Shown here: one piece after another, positions 54,569-64,000 of the stretch | Numbering within the stretch: position 1 is the first letter of the stretch | Layout of the letters: every line of letters starts with the position of its first letter | Origin: Desulfocapsaceae bacterium | Lineage (GTDB): Bacteria; Desulfobacterota; Desulfobulbia; Desulfobulbales; Desulfocapsaceae | Length of the DNA stretch: 64,000 nt | NCBI GenBank assembly: GCA_050291935.1 | Contig: JBNKKR010000004.1 | Span: 3,206-67,205, forward strand | Reading direction: 5' to 3' | Made by a program: the position numbers and the translations under genes | Notes under the pieces: generated by a model | Seen by the model: only the letters and a program-made list of their open reading frames with translations | What the model was told of the DNA's origin: nothing | Databases searched by the model: none

Positions 54569-55693
54569 TTACGAAATATCAGAAGAGAATTGATTTTCCT
54601 TGAGAAGCCAGCGCACAATTCGTTTTGCACTTTTCCCATCCCATTTTTCCGGGATTTGATTGTTTTTCTGGTTATTTTTCAACGCTTTTTTTGAAGCTTC
54701 AAGGATTTTTTCTCCACTGTTTCCAACAATAGTATTTGTTCCAATTGTACACGTAATAGGTCTTTCCGTATTATGCCGCATGGTTATACAAGGGATACCT
54801 AAGACAGTAGACTCTTCTTGCAGCCCGCCGCTGTCTGTAAGGATTAGGCTTGCATGCATATTCAAATTAAGAAATTCAAGGTAGCTCATGGGCTCTGTTA
54901 CCCAAATTCCCGTAACCTCAGATCCTTCATTAAGGTAACGAGATAGGTTATATTTAGCGATCATTTTTCTGGTTCTGGGATGGATGGGGAAAATGATTGG
55001 TATGATTTGGCTGATTTCTGCTAAAGTCTGTAAAATTTCTTCTAAAACTGATTTACTATCAACATTTGAAGGGCGATGCATGGTAAGTGTTGCATATCCA
55101 TTTTTTTCAACTCCTAATTTGTTGAAAACATCAAGTTTTAAAGCCAAATTCTTGTGTTTCAGTAATGTATCAATCATCACATTTCCCACAAAGAAAATCT
55201 TATCCTCCGATATTCCTTCATTTCGGAGATTTTCATTTGCAAAATGGTCAGTGGTGAACAGGTAGTCGCACAGTGCATCGGTACACAATCGGTTGATCTC
55301 TTCGGGCATTTCCATATCCCTTGAGCGCAGTCCAGCTTCAACATGAGCAACTTTAATCCCAAGTTTTTTGGCGGTAATGGTGCAAGCCATGGTTGAATTG
55401 ACGTCACCAACAACAATAACCAGATCAGGCTTTTCTGTAAGACACACTTTCTCAAATAATACCATAATTTTTGCAGTTTGTTCAGCATGGCTCCCTGAAC
55501 CCACCCCAAGATCAATATCAGGTTTTGGCATTCCAAGATCATCAAAGAAAGCTTTTGACATTTTCGTGTCATAATGTTGACCAGTATGGACTAAAAGGTG
55601 TTCAATCTGATCAGGGTACTGATTCATTGCATCGATTATTGGGGCCATTTTCATAAAGTTTGGTCGTGCACCGACCACATTGATCACTTTCAC
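54569..55693 (-). CDS. wecB: UDP-N-acetylglucosamine 2-epimerase (non-hydrolysing)
   Basis: MKVINVVGARPNFMKMAPI..., VHTGQHYD, LILTDSGGLQEE motifs. Confidence 0.95.
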   Translation of the reverse strand: MKVINVVGARPNFMKMAPIIDAMNQYPDQIEHLLVHTGQHYDTKMSKAFFDDLGMPKPDIDLGVGSGSHAEQTAKIMVLFEKVCLTEKPDLVIVVGDVNSTMACTITAKKLGIKVAHVEAGLRSRDMEMPEEINRLCTDALCDYLFTTDHFANENLRNEGISEDKIFFVGNVMIDTLLKHKNLALKLDVFNKLGVEKNGYATLTMHRPSNVDSKSVLEEILQTLAEISQIIPIIFPIHPRTRKMIAKYNLSRYLNEGSEVTGIWVTEPMSYLEFLNLNMHASLILTDSGGLQEESTVLGIPCITMRHNTERPITCTIGTNTIVGNSGEKILEASKKALKNNQKNNQIPEKWDGKSAKRIVRWLLKENQFSSDIS

Positions 55694-55727
55694 TGGAAAA
55701 CTCCTGGGTTGTTAGTATTGCGTCCTT

Positions 55728-56909
55728 TTATCGTTTCTTCGCAAAGGCTACAAAGAGTTGCGAGCATATTCGAAGTGGCCTTAGGAAATAATAGAGCCAA
55801 GTCAGTCTATTTGGTAGTTGTAGTATTTGCCAGTCTGCTTTGGTGGGTAAAACAAAAAGACGAATCAGATGTCTTGCTTGGTCGAAAATGTTGTCACGAA
55901 TATACAAATGGTTATGGGTAAAACGAGCCTGTTTTCGACTGTTACGATTGTTACCAAAAAGACGGCTTAGCAACTCTTCGCCAGTCTGTTTCACTCGAAC
56001 GTTGGCGCTGGCTTTATTCTGTAAATTCTGGGGCAGTGTAATATCAAATAGTTGATGAGCGAGTAACAGGCCAAGAAGAACAATGTTTTTGCAATGTAGC
56101 TTTTCGGCAAGTTGCCAGGCTTGTTTCCAGTTTATATCTTTACGGGTATTGACTAATTCGGCCAAACAACAAATCCATTCAAGTGTTTCCCAGTTGTGTT
56201 TTTCGCCGTGGATACAGAGGTATACAAGTAGGGCGGTTGGGCCTATGGTGCAAACTTTTTTTCCGCAGAATTCAACGAACTCGATATGGTCTTTAATTAT
56301 ATCCAAGGTAAAGGCTTGTGGCAATGATCTGCCGGATAGTTCCCAGTGAAGCTCCAGAAACATATTGTGAGATTCGTTTTTGAAGTTGAGATTATCTTCC
56401 ACTTTTATGTATTGGGAGAGTTGAGAGCTTGACAGGCGCAGCTCGGGCAAGTACCCATATTGTTGTAACAAGTCATTTGATTGTTTGACATGACGTGTAT
56501 GGATTAGCACATCAAGATCGCCAAATGGTCTAAAACCGAGGTTTCCATATACTGAGACCGCAAGTACTGGACCTTTAAAAGGTACTATCGGAATATGATG
56601 TTTTTGAAAGAGGTCCAGGATTGTAAATAGCTGCGCGCTGAACTGAAGATTTCGCTGGGTAATATGTAATGTAAACCCGGTAAGTTGCTTGGCGATAGTA
56701 CTTGGAATTAATTCTGGGCAGCTTTGTTTTAGGTTGTGGTGGAGTAATGTTAACACTCTGTGTTTCTTTGCCGCCTGGATGAGGTAATCCCAGTCAGGAT
56801 TTTTGGATACAAGTCTGCAAATCTGTTGTTGTAGGTTTGCATTCAATTTTGTTCGTGAACAACATAGTAGTAGTTCGTGCTCTGGTCTATGAATATGTTG
56901 AGCTTTCAT
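55728..56909 (-). CDS. uncharacterised nucleotidyltransferase family protein (NTP_transf_5/PF14907-like)
   Basis: 393 aa. N-terminal ELLLCCSRTKLNANLQQQICRLV...DWDYLIQAAKKHRVLTLLHHNL and a central GDLDVLI motif resemble this family. The start codon abuts the stop of the upstream TagA-like gene with zero gap. Confidence 0.6.
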   Translation of the reverse strand: MKAQHIHRPEHELLLCCSRTKLNANLQQQICRLVSKNPDWDYLIQAAKKHRVLTLLHHNLKQSCPELIPSTIAKQLTGFTLHITQRNLQFSAQLFTILDLFQKHHIPIVPFKGPVLAVSVYGNLGFRPFGDLDVLIHTRHVKQSNDLLQQYGYLPELRLSSSQLSQYIKVEDNLNFKNESHNMFLELHWELSGRSLPQAFTLDIIKDHIEFVEFCGKKVCTIGPTALLVYLCIHGEKHNWETLEWICCLAELVNTRKDINWKQAWQLAEKLHCKNIVLLGLLLAHQLFDITLPQNLQNKASANVRVKQTGEELLSRLFGNNRNSRKQARFTHNHLYIRDNIFDQARHLIRLFVLPTKADWQILQLPNRLTWLYYFLRPLRICSQLFVAFAKKR

Positions 56910-57656
56910 TCAGATTGAATGCGATTTTGTAAAGTATTTTTCAATGAATACCTGAAACGCAAATAGTGGAAGTACCCGCTGACGTTTTATCCGATTTGGT
57001 TCTGCAAGTAGACGGTAAAACCATTCAAGTCCAAAACGACAGAAAAGATCTGGTGCACGTTTTACATTTCCGGTGATTACATCAAGCGTACCGCCTATTC
57101 CCTGGCATACACGTATGTTTTTGAGATCCTGGTGGTATGTAGAAAACCATTTTTCCTGTTTGGGTGATCCAAGGGCAAGAAATAATATCTGGGCTCCGGA
57201 ATTGTTTATCTGTTCCACAAGCTCGTTCATTTTTTCTTCAGGTAGATAGCCGTTACAGCGTCCAACAATTTGTAAATCTGGAAGGCGCTTTTGAAGTGTT
57301 TTTGTAGCTTTGAGATTTACTTCTTCTTTTGCACCGTAGATAAATATTTTATAACCTTGTTTTGCAGACAAGGCACAAATGTCCTGCATGAATTCACATC
57401 CTGGAACTCTTGAGAGTTTTGCTCCATGTAAAAGCCTTGCTGCCAGCACCATGCCAATGCCGTCTGGTAAAAGTAGGTCGGCGTTTTTAAAACTATCATA
57501 AAGAAGAGGATCTTGAGGAACGGAATAATTTTTTTCGGGATTGGTGGCAAAAACTGTATGGGGTCGGTTACCAGTTTCGATAAAATTTGCGACCTGTTGT
57601 AATGCACCCTCCTTGGTGATGGCGTCTGTCCAAATATTTAAAATAGGATACCTCAT
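56910..57656 (-). CDS. WecB/TagA/CpsF family glycosyltransferase (ManNAc/ManNAcA transferase type)
   Basis: 248 aa. ...LLLPDGIGMVLAARLL..., IFIYGAKEEV, ILFLALGSPKQEKW, and QGIGGTLDVITGNVKRAP motifs. Confidence 0.85.
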   Translation of the reverse strand: MRYPILNIWTDAITKEGALQQVANFIETGNRPHTVFATNPEKNYSVPQDPLLYDSFKNADLLLPDGIGMVLAARLLHGAKLSRVPGCEFMQDICALSAKQGYKIFIYGAKEEVNLKATKTLQKRLPDLQIVGRCNGYLPEEKMNELVEQINNSGAQILFLALGSPKQEKWFSTYHQDLKNIRVCQGIGGTLDVITGNVKRAPDLFCRFGLEWFYRLLAEPNRIKRQRVLPLFAFQVFIEKYFTKSHSI

Positions 57657-57674
57657 ATTCTGATTTCCGTTGTG

Positions 57675-59462
57675 CTACAGCATTACAATGCTAGTCTTAA
57701 AAAAAGTGTTTTCTGGAGTGCCATGTTTTACCGCCTGAATAGTTGTCGTAGGTTCAATCGATCCGTAAGAACGAGAATACCAACCTGCCAATGGCTCATT
57801 TTTGCCATGCAAAAGATTGATGGTTTCAGCGTTTATTGTCAGTGACATGGTTATATTTTCTCGCTGCAAAAGAATGGTTTTGTTTTTCCTACTCACTGTT
57901 ACCGCCGGATGGAGATGAAAGTGTAGCGTATATTCATGCTTACCACTACCTGAAAATGTATCTTCGATGGTAAGCGTCCCTGTTGGGTTAAAAGTTAGGG
58001 TGCGACAGTGGCTCACGGCAATATCTTGTAAGGTAAAGCCGTTGTGTTTCCCGGAAGCGATGATATTATTTTTGTTGACGATTTTTGCTTCCCAAGAGAC
58101 CTCAAAAGAGCGATCCCACATGAAACTGCTAAGGTGTTTAGCCTGGCTGAACCCATCGACAGAAACCGTGTTGTGTGCTTTAGTGCTTTTGAAATAGCGC
58201 CGTAATTGTTGATTTCCATTATATTGAAATGTTCCAGGATCTATGAGGAAATCAATATGTTGAAATGAGATTAGGATTGAGAGACAATCGGCGTGACCAT
58301 GGTTGTATAAGGGGGCCATACCAAGACTGCCGTGATCAAAAAGAATACGCAGCCCATTCTCGCCACGAAACAGAGAGTAACCACTATTTGGAAAGTTTTT
58401 GTAGGGTAATGGTTGATTGGTAGCATTCAGTACTTCTCGGACAGGTGAGAGTCCTGGAGCAACAGCAAAACCATCATCACTATCTCCAATCATCGGTAGA
58501 GATTCGTCTTTATACTGAATTGTTTGTAAAAATGTTTCGCCAACAAGAACTCGTTTTCGCATGGAAGAACAATCATGGAGATTATTGTCGGTAAGGAAAT
58601 GAATTGCCAGCCAATACAGATCAAGTACAAAACGATGATAGGAGAAGGATTGTTCTGCCGGTCCACCATCATCGAGAATTTGATGGTTACACTCTTGTTC
58701 TAGCAGTCGAATGCCGGTTTGTAGCCATTCTGTTCCTTGATCAGTTTTTTTAAACAGTGCTCCGGCAATGATTAAACCAACACACTCACTTATGGTGTGA
58801 TTGCCTAATGATGAGTATAGTGAAAGACGTTTGCGAATTAACCAGCTATGCTGGAAAATTGTTAACAGCAGTGTGTGTTGCTGATTACTGCTTAACTGTT
58901 TTAGGTTTAGATAAGCAGCAAAAAAAACAGGGATGCGCAGAGCACATTCCATAACAGAGGTATAATGGGGACCATGCAGAAAAGGGTTGTGAATAATCCA
59001 CCAAAATAGCCTTGCTTGGATAAGTTCTTCAATGGAGTTCTTTTGTTCTTGATTTCTATTTGTTGATAGGTGATGAAGTAAAATCATCAGGTGCTGCAGT
59101 CTGGCCGGTTCCCAAACAGCACGAATATCCGGATCTGTATTTTTTTGCTTTATTTCCGAGAAGGGGATTTCTCGCCAGGTGTCTTCAAAAGTAGATAAAA
59201 CCGAGCGCTTTTCCCCTAGGGTGAATTCTTTCCCATTCTCGAGTTGGGTGTGTAGTACACTCTTTACAGAGCATGAAAGTTTCGGGAATTTAAGGGTGTG
59301 ATTCGCTGCCTTTTGTAGGTCACGCACCAAGTCTTTTTTATAACTGTTTGGGTTTGCTTTTAATTTTTGTATAAGTAAAGAATCAGATATTCTATGGAGG
59401 ATTTCAGCCATTGAAGAACGACGTAGTCTAAGGAAGTAGAAATGAAGTCGTTCAATATTCAT
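57675..59462 (-). CDS. heparinase II/III-like (alginate-lyase superfamily) protein
   Basis: About 595 aa with an N-terminal alpha/alpha toroid-like region and a C-terminal Hepar_II_III-like beta region (NHGHADCLSILISF). The start is uncertain: ATG 59462 or the tracked TTG 59534. Confidence 0.7.
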   Translation of the reverse strand: MNIERLHFYFLRLRRSSMAEILHRISDSLLIQKLKANPNSYKKDLVRDLQKAANHTLKFPKLSCSVKSVLHTQLENGKEFTLGEKRSVLSTFEDTWREIPFSEIKQKNTDPDIRAVWEPARLQHLMILLHHLSTNRNQEQKNSIEELIQARLFWWIIHNPFLHGPHYTSVMECALRIPVFFAAYLNLKQLSSNQQHTLLLTIFQHSWLIRKRLSLYSSLGNHTISECVGLIIAGALFKKTDQGTEWLQTGIRLLEQECNHQILDDGGPAEQSFSYHRFVLDLYWLAIHFLTDNNLHDCSSMRKRVLVGETFLQTIQYKDESLPMIGDSDDGFAVAPGLSPVREVLNATNQPLPYKNFPNSGYSLFRGENGLRILFDHGSLGMAPLYNHGHADCLSILISFQHIDFLIDPGTFQYNGNQQLRRYFKSTKAHNTVSVDGFSQAKHLSSFMWDRSFEVSWEAKIVNKNNIIASGKHNGFTLQDIAVSHCRTLTFNPTGTLTIEDTFSGSGKHEYTLHFHLHPAVTVSRKNKTILLQRENITMSLTINAETINLLHGKNEPLAGWYSRSYGSIEPTTTIQAVKHGTPENTFFKTSIVML

Positions 59463-59554
59463 GGAGGCTTTTATTAATGTGGTCAGAATGAGTCTACATG
59501 GATAAGCGTACCGGAAACGAATGTTTTTTTGCAACTTACAGGTGGTAAACTGAC

Positions 59555-61720
59555 TTAACTTTGTGGCTCACCAATAAAAATAGTGCGGCGGTGCTGTAAG
59601 GATTCCAAAACTGCGAAAGTCGCATGGCTAACTGTGAAAATTTCATCTTTTGCTATGGGAGGGACCCCTCCATCCTGAATCGCCCCTAAAAACGCAGCAA
59701 GCATTTTCTTTTGCCCTTTATCCTGAGATAGCATTTTTTTGCGGAATGGTTTGCCCGCGCTGAAAATCTCCAATTCTTTATAATCTCTAATAATACCTGT
59801 TGATCCACTGGAGTATATTTCGAGGTACTCTTTGGTTAGTGATTTGGCTCCATTGGCAAAATATGATATGGAGCCGATGGATCCATTCTCGAATTCCAGG
59901 TTTATTGAAACAGTATCATTGGTGTTGTGAGGACTAGGAAGGGCAGATGCAGAAACGGTTTTTGGAAGCGATTCACACATGAATGACATGAAATCAATAA
60001 AGTGGCATACCTCACCAAGAATTCTTCCCCCACCAATTGTCCTGTCCTGTATCCATGAATCTGCAGGGATATATCCAGCATTAATCCTGTAAATCATGGA
60101 CATGGGACCCGTTCCTAATTTGTCCTTCATAACTTGAACAAGGGGAGCAAAGCGCCGGTTAAAGCCTACCATCAGATGGGTTGTATCAGTAGCAGCGTTT
60201 TCAATAGCGTTTAACTCTTCAAGGGTTAAGCAGAGGGGTTTTTCAACAAATACATGTTTGTTGTTTTGCAGTGCTTCCAGTATATATTCGGCGTGACTAT
60301 TATGGCGGGTGGAAATGAAAACTGTATTAATATCTTTGTTGTCGAATATGTCTGCCTTTTCAGATGTGCAGAACTCAAAACCAAATTTTTCTGCCACTGT
60401 TTTTGACGTGGTTCCCGATGTTGTCATTACACCTTTGTTAACAATCTCAGGATCGTTTTTTGGTAAGTTAGGTAAAAGACTGCCTTGGGCATAGCTTCCA
60501 GCACCGATAAAAGCTAATCCTATTTTCCCGGTTGCTTGTATAGGAGCAACAGGGATTTTTTCTCTTTTAATTGGTTTTGTAACATCATATTTGATGAGGA
60601 TCCCAAGAAAGGGTTCATTTCGGTTAACCACCATATCATAAGCCCCAGGTGCATCCTCCAGCGAGAACTCATGGGTGGTTAGAAAGTTTAAATTGATCTT
60701 TTCTGTACGGATAAGCTCCTGAAAAGCTGCCATATTACGGTTCTCTGTCCAGCGAACGTAGGCAGGAGGATAATCAATTCCTTTGTCTTCATAGTTGATA
60801 TCGTATCGCCCTGGACCATAGGAACATGACATGCGAATATCCAATTCTTTACGGTAATAATAGGGATCTCGGTCAAATCCTGTAGGAACTGCACCAGAAA
60901 CGATGATTCTCCCTTTCTTTCTAGCAATCTCTCCGGCAAAGTTGATTGGTACTAAACTCTCTGTTGCAGCGGTAATAATAACTCCATCACAACCAAGGCC
61001 AATGGTAAATGCGAAAATGGAATCGGTAACACCTGCTTCTCCAAGAACAAAGGCAAAATCAGCACAATTTTCTTGGGCTCGTTTAACTGCTGATGGGTCA
61101 ATATCAAGTCCAATTACCCTTATTCCTGAAGCTTGCAATAATAAGCAAGAAAGCTGGCCAAGTAGGCCTAAACCTATAACCGCACATGTCTCCCCGAGCC
61201 TCAAGTCGGCTTGACGAACCCCCTGCATAGCAATGGCACCAAGGGTATTGTAGGCAGCCATCTTTAACTGTTTGCTAGATTCGATATCTGGGGTGCCTGT
61301 CACCTTGACGCATAAGTTTTTCGGTACCGATACTATCTCGGCATGGTTGGCAGTTAAACCCCCGCATGCGACGAAATCACCCTCTTGAAATTCTGTAACG
61401 TCAGGGGCAACATCAATTACTTCTCCAACACAGGAGTAACCTAGGGGGGAATAGGCATCAAGTTTTTTCATAACGGCCCGGTAGGTTTGCATTGGGCCTT
61501 GGGTTTTTAATATATCAAGAACTTGTTTTACCTGTTGGGGTCTTTCTTTAGCTTTGCCTACGAGTCCTTTTCTGGCAGTCGTAACGGTGTTGCCTTCAGT
61601 CCCTGCGCTGATGAGGGAATAATGGTTGCGGACCAGGATACAACCTGTAAAGAGTGACGGCCATGGTGCTTTGATAGTCTTCACGTTTCCGTTTTTTAAC
61701 TTTTGGGCTAACTGATACAT
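59555..61720 (-). CDS. bi-domain oxidoreductase (zinc-type alcohol dehydrogenase-like plus Gfo/Idh/MocA)
   Basis: 721 aa. An MDR/GroES-like N-half (VIGLGLLGQL Rossmann) is followed by a Gfo/Idh/MocA half (LAFIGAGSYAQ..., VFVEKPL). Confidence 0.8.
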   Translation of the reverse strand: MYQLAQKLKNGNVKTIKAPWPSLFTGCILVRNHYSLISAGTEGNTVTTARKGLVGKAKERPQQVKQVLDILKTQGPMQTYRAVMKKLDAYSPLGYSCVGEVIDVAPDVTEFQEGDFVACGGLTANHAEIVSVPKNLCVKVTGTPDIESSKQLKMAAYNTLGAIAMQGVRQADLRLGETCAVIGLGLLGQLSCLLLQASGIRVIGLDIDPSAVKRAQENCADFAFVLGEAGVTDSIFAFTIGLGCDGVIITAATESLVPINFAGEIARKKGRIIVSGAVPTGFDRDPYYYRKELDIRMSCSYGPGRYDINYEDKGIDYPPAYVRWTENRNMAAFQELIRTEKINLNFLTTHEFSLEDAPGAYDMVVNRNEPFLGILIKYDVTKPIKREKIPVAPIQATGKIGLAFIGAGSYAQGSLLPNLPKNDPEIVNKGVMTTSGTTSKTVAEKFGFEFCTSEKADIFDNKDINTVFISTRHNSHAEYILEALQNNKHVFVEKPLCLTLEELNAIENAATDTTHLMVGFNRRFAPLVQVMKDKLGTGPMSMIYRINAGYIPADSWIQDRTIGGGRILGEVCHFIDFMSFMCESLPKTVSASALPSPHNTNDTVSINLEFENGSIGSISYFANGAKSLTKEYLEIYSSGSTGIIRDYKELEIFSAGKPFRKKMLSQDKGQKKMLAAFLGAIQDGGVPPIAKDEIFTVSHATFAVLESLQHRRTIFIGEPQS

Positions 61721-62928
61721 TGATTGTAGTTGTTGTTTAGGATGGTTTCATATTTCTGAAATAATGTTGACTGGAAAAATAATTTTCTACATTTAGCAAC
61801 ATTATTAGATTTTTCATGTATAGAACTCGATGTTAACTCTTTTAGAATATTGATAACCTCACAGGAGTTAAAAGAAGCATACCAGCCTATATCGTATTTT
61901 TTTACAAAATCTGTACTGTCTCCTGACCCTAAAGAAATCATCGGAAGCCCCGCCGCTATACTATCAAATACTTTGTTTGGTAATGCTCCAGAAACCATTG
62001 GTATTATAGATACATGATGGTGTCGTAATTCTCCGACCAACTTTTCGGGGGACAGCAGCCCTACAACTTCAACTTGCTGAGATAAGTTATGTTTGTCGAT
62101 AAACTCAATTGTCTCGTTGTATCTCTCTCCAGAACCATTATCACCAATTATTGTAAAATAAAAATTTGAAGAACAACTGGATAAAGCTTGCAAAATAGGT
62201 TTTATGTTAAACTGATCCGTCAATGTTCCACAATATACAAGTTTTACGGTATCACCTGTGCCAATGCGAGAACTGTTAACGTTAACACATCTGCCTTCCC
62301 AACGATGTTCATCAAATCCAAGAGGAATAAATGTTGAAATTGCGTCTACAGAAAATCGACTCAACCAAGCTAAATATGACGGTGCTACATGGACATAATC
62401 ATCAAAATGACAAACGGAATTCTTTAGAAAAAGTGTACAATATTTGTCAAACAAGTATCGAGTTATCCCTGAAGTAGTGGTCAAAGCATCGGGCCATATA
62501 TCACGAATATCTAGAACTGTTTTACAGCCACATTCATGCTTTAAACGAGCTATCATCCAGATAAGTTCTGGTGGCCTTGAAGGAATGATTATCACATCTT
62601 TTTCATTTACAATTTGTTTTAGTTTTTTATAGCATTTGTAAGCAAATTTCTGGTGCCAGAAAACACGTTTGAAAGATAAATTCTTTTTATAGCTTCCAAC
62701 GTCAATTAGAGTGAGTTCATAAGGAACACGTTTTTGAACGTGTACATACTCTGATTCCGAAAAATTTCTTTTTTCTGCATGACTAAAGTTAGTACTTAAA
62801 TACTCTACATCCCAACCATGTTTTACGAGATATTCAGCGAGATTAGGGTGTCGTTTCCCTCTAATGGTCAGCGCTGATTCTGTTGGAGAAATAATAAAAA
62901 GTCTTTTTTTGTTGGAAGATGGGGCCAC
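61708..62928 (-). CDS. glycosyltransferase family 4 (GT-B, group 1)
   Basis: 406 aa. The C-terminal half shows a GT1-like pattern (...SIIPMVSGALPNKVFDSIAAGLPMI...). 13-nt overlap with the downstream oxidoreductase gene. Confidence 0.7.
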   Translation of the reverse strand: MAPSSNKKRLFIISPTESALTIRGKRHPNLAEYLVKHGWDVEYLSTNFSHAEKRNFSESEYVHVQKRVPYELTLIDVGSYKKNLSFKRVFWHQKFAYKCYKKLKQIVNEKDVIIIPSRPPELIWMIARLKHECGCKTVLDIRDIWPDALTTTSGITRYLFDKYCTLFLKNSVCHFDDYVHVAPSYLAWLSRFSVDAISTFIPLGFDEHRWEGRCVNVNSSRIGTGDTVKLVYCGTLTDQFNIKPILQALSSCSSNFYFTIIGDNGSGERYNETIEFIDKHNLSQQVEVVGLLSPEKLVGELRHHHVSIIPMVSGALPNKVFDSIAAGLPMISLGSGDSTDFVKKYDIGWYASFNSCEVINILKELTSSSIHEKSNNVAKCRKLFFQSTLFQKYETILNNNYNQCIS

Positions 62929-62980
62929 AGTTTTTTATATTCTTTTTTTGAATTTTAAGAACATCACAAAAACAATAGAA

Positions 62981-64000
62981 CTATATTACTGAACCATAGA
63001 TACTCTTACATTTATCTATGATTACAGATGACTCGAAATTGTCAAAGGCATATTTGATATTTTTTTGACCAATTTCTCTAACTAATTGTTTGTTGTTATG
63101 GGCCCATTCAATTTTATTTGCCAAATCATCTGGATTTCTAGACATGACAATTCTACCATTGACCCTATCTTTGACAACTTCAGACAATGCTCCCACCGTA
63201 CTACAAATTATAAAACATCCAGAAGCCATTGCTTCAAGCACTGTATTAGGACATCCTTCGTGGTATGAAGGTAGTAGTAAAATGTCATACGCCTTAAGAC
63301 AGTTGTATTTGTCGATTCCGTCAATAAATCCTTTAAATTCAATTTGATGTTGAATGTTTTGAGTATGTGCAAGGGAAATTAAATCTTCTATTATTTCTTC
63401 ATTTGCACCGTGTCCAACAAAACATATATCCAACTTAACCCCTCTTTTTTTTAATATTCCAAGAGCTTTTATTATTTCATATACTCCTTTTTCTCTGCTG
63501 ATTCTGCTAAGAAAGAGAAGGCTGAGTTGCTGAGGGTTGTCTTTTTTGGTTTCACGCACAGAATTAACCAAATTGCCATCAAACATTGTTCTAGTTAGAA
63601 TGATTTTTTCTTTTGCAATTCCCATTTGTTCCAGGTAGACCGCAAATGGTTCTGCTAGCACTAGTATACAATCAGTTCTTCCAAATATTTTCGTGAAAAA
63701 CTTTTTAGAAAGAGATTGTTTTGCTAGTTTTTTTGCGAACGCATCTGACCAACCTCGAAAAAAAACGATCGTTTTTTTTGAGAAAATGTATGAAATCAAG
63801 AGAATAATCCCATCCCTAAGAATTGGTAATGGGATCAAAGAGGGGTTTACCTGAACTAAACAGACTTCTTTATCTATCCATAGCTTCACAATTAACTTAC
63901 AGATATCATTTGCGAAGTCAATTCCATACTGTAATCTTCTTGCTCCACGCTTCAGGTAATCTCTTGCACGAGAACCAATTGGAAACCACTCCAGCTCAAT
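62981..64000 (-). CDS. glycosyltransferase family 4 (GT-B, group 1); the 5' end runs off the window
   Basis: C-terminal EX7E-type region LLPSYHEGCPNTVLEAMASGCFII. The reading frame stays open upstream of the tracked GTG at 63889 up to the window end (...IELEWFPIGSRARDYLKRGARRLQYGIDF...). Confidence 0.75.
   Translation of the reverse strand: MELEWFPIGSRARDYLKRGARRLQYGIDFANDICKLIVKLWIDKEVCLVQVNPSLIPLPILRDGIILLISYIFSKKTIVFFRGWSDAFAKKLAKQSLSKKFFTKIFGRTDCILVLAEPFAVYLEQMGIAKEKIILTRTMFDGNLVNSVRETKKDNPQQLSLLFLSRISREKGVYEIIKALGILKKRGVKLDICFVGHGANEEIIEDLISLAHTQNIQHQIEFKGFIDGIDKYNCLKAYDILLLPSYHEGCPNTVLEAMASGCFIICSTVGALSEVVKDRVNGRIVMSRNPDDLANKIEWAHNNKQLVREIGQKNIKYAFDNFESSVIIDKCKSIYGSVI

Overview
Chromosomal window, probably from a Desulfobacterota-like (deltaproteobacterial) genome. 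That guess rests on gene content only: HdrC/MvhD/MetV-like redox genes, a PEP-CTERM protein and a sigma54-style nitrogen block. I saw no rRNA, tRNA, CRISPR array, transposase or integrase. (1) 1-29.6 kb is housekeeping. It holds mnmG (partial), a methyltransferase, rpmH-rnpA-yidD-yidC-jag-mnmE, elbB-hpt, Fe-S/MvhD/MetV-like genes, moeA, mutM, a Sfp-type PPTase, cvpA, a TIGR04283/TIGR04282/UPF0280 trio, rfbAD, manBC and mtnA. It ends with a contiguous nitrogen block, amt-amt-glnK-glnD-glnA. (2) 29.6-35.6 kb is a small accessory islet. It holds three AAA/DUF4143 ATPase paralogs interleaved with YafQ/DinJ and ParE/Phd toxin-antitoxin pairs. It also carries a decayed ATPase fragment, a frameshifted HTH gene, a hicB with truncated hicA, and periodic direct repeats. 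(3) 35.6-64 kb is a PEP-CTERM/exopolysaccharide region. It holds a PEP-CTERM protein, galU, cysC, a Wza-like exporter, a Wzz/tyrosine kinase, an O-antigen-ligase-TPR protein, an outer membrane barrel, wecB, a TagA-like transferase, a heparinase-like protein, a bi-domain oxidoreductase and GT4 glycosyltransferases. The most interesting signal is at 36.5-41.5 kb on the minus strand: a lasso-peptide-type RiPP cluster. It comprises an ABC-2 exporter, a PqqD/RRE protein, an Asn-synthetase-like cyclase lacking the Cys nucleophile, a small precursor gene and an HPr-kinase-like gene. The precursor leader matches the lasso recognition pattern exactly (Y-17, P-14, V-12, T-2). Its core is GEANSGPSDCSIPGLGTIGCS. 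No transglutaminase-like leader peptidase (B2) is present anywhere in the window. The cluster is co-oriented with EPS precursor genes. A second notable item is a WecA/MraY-type priming glycosyl-phosphate transferase carrying a C-terminal PilZ (c-di-GMP receptor) domain.
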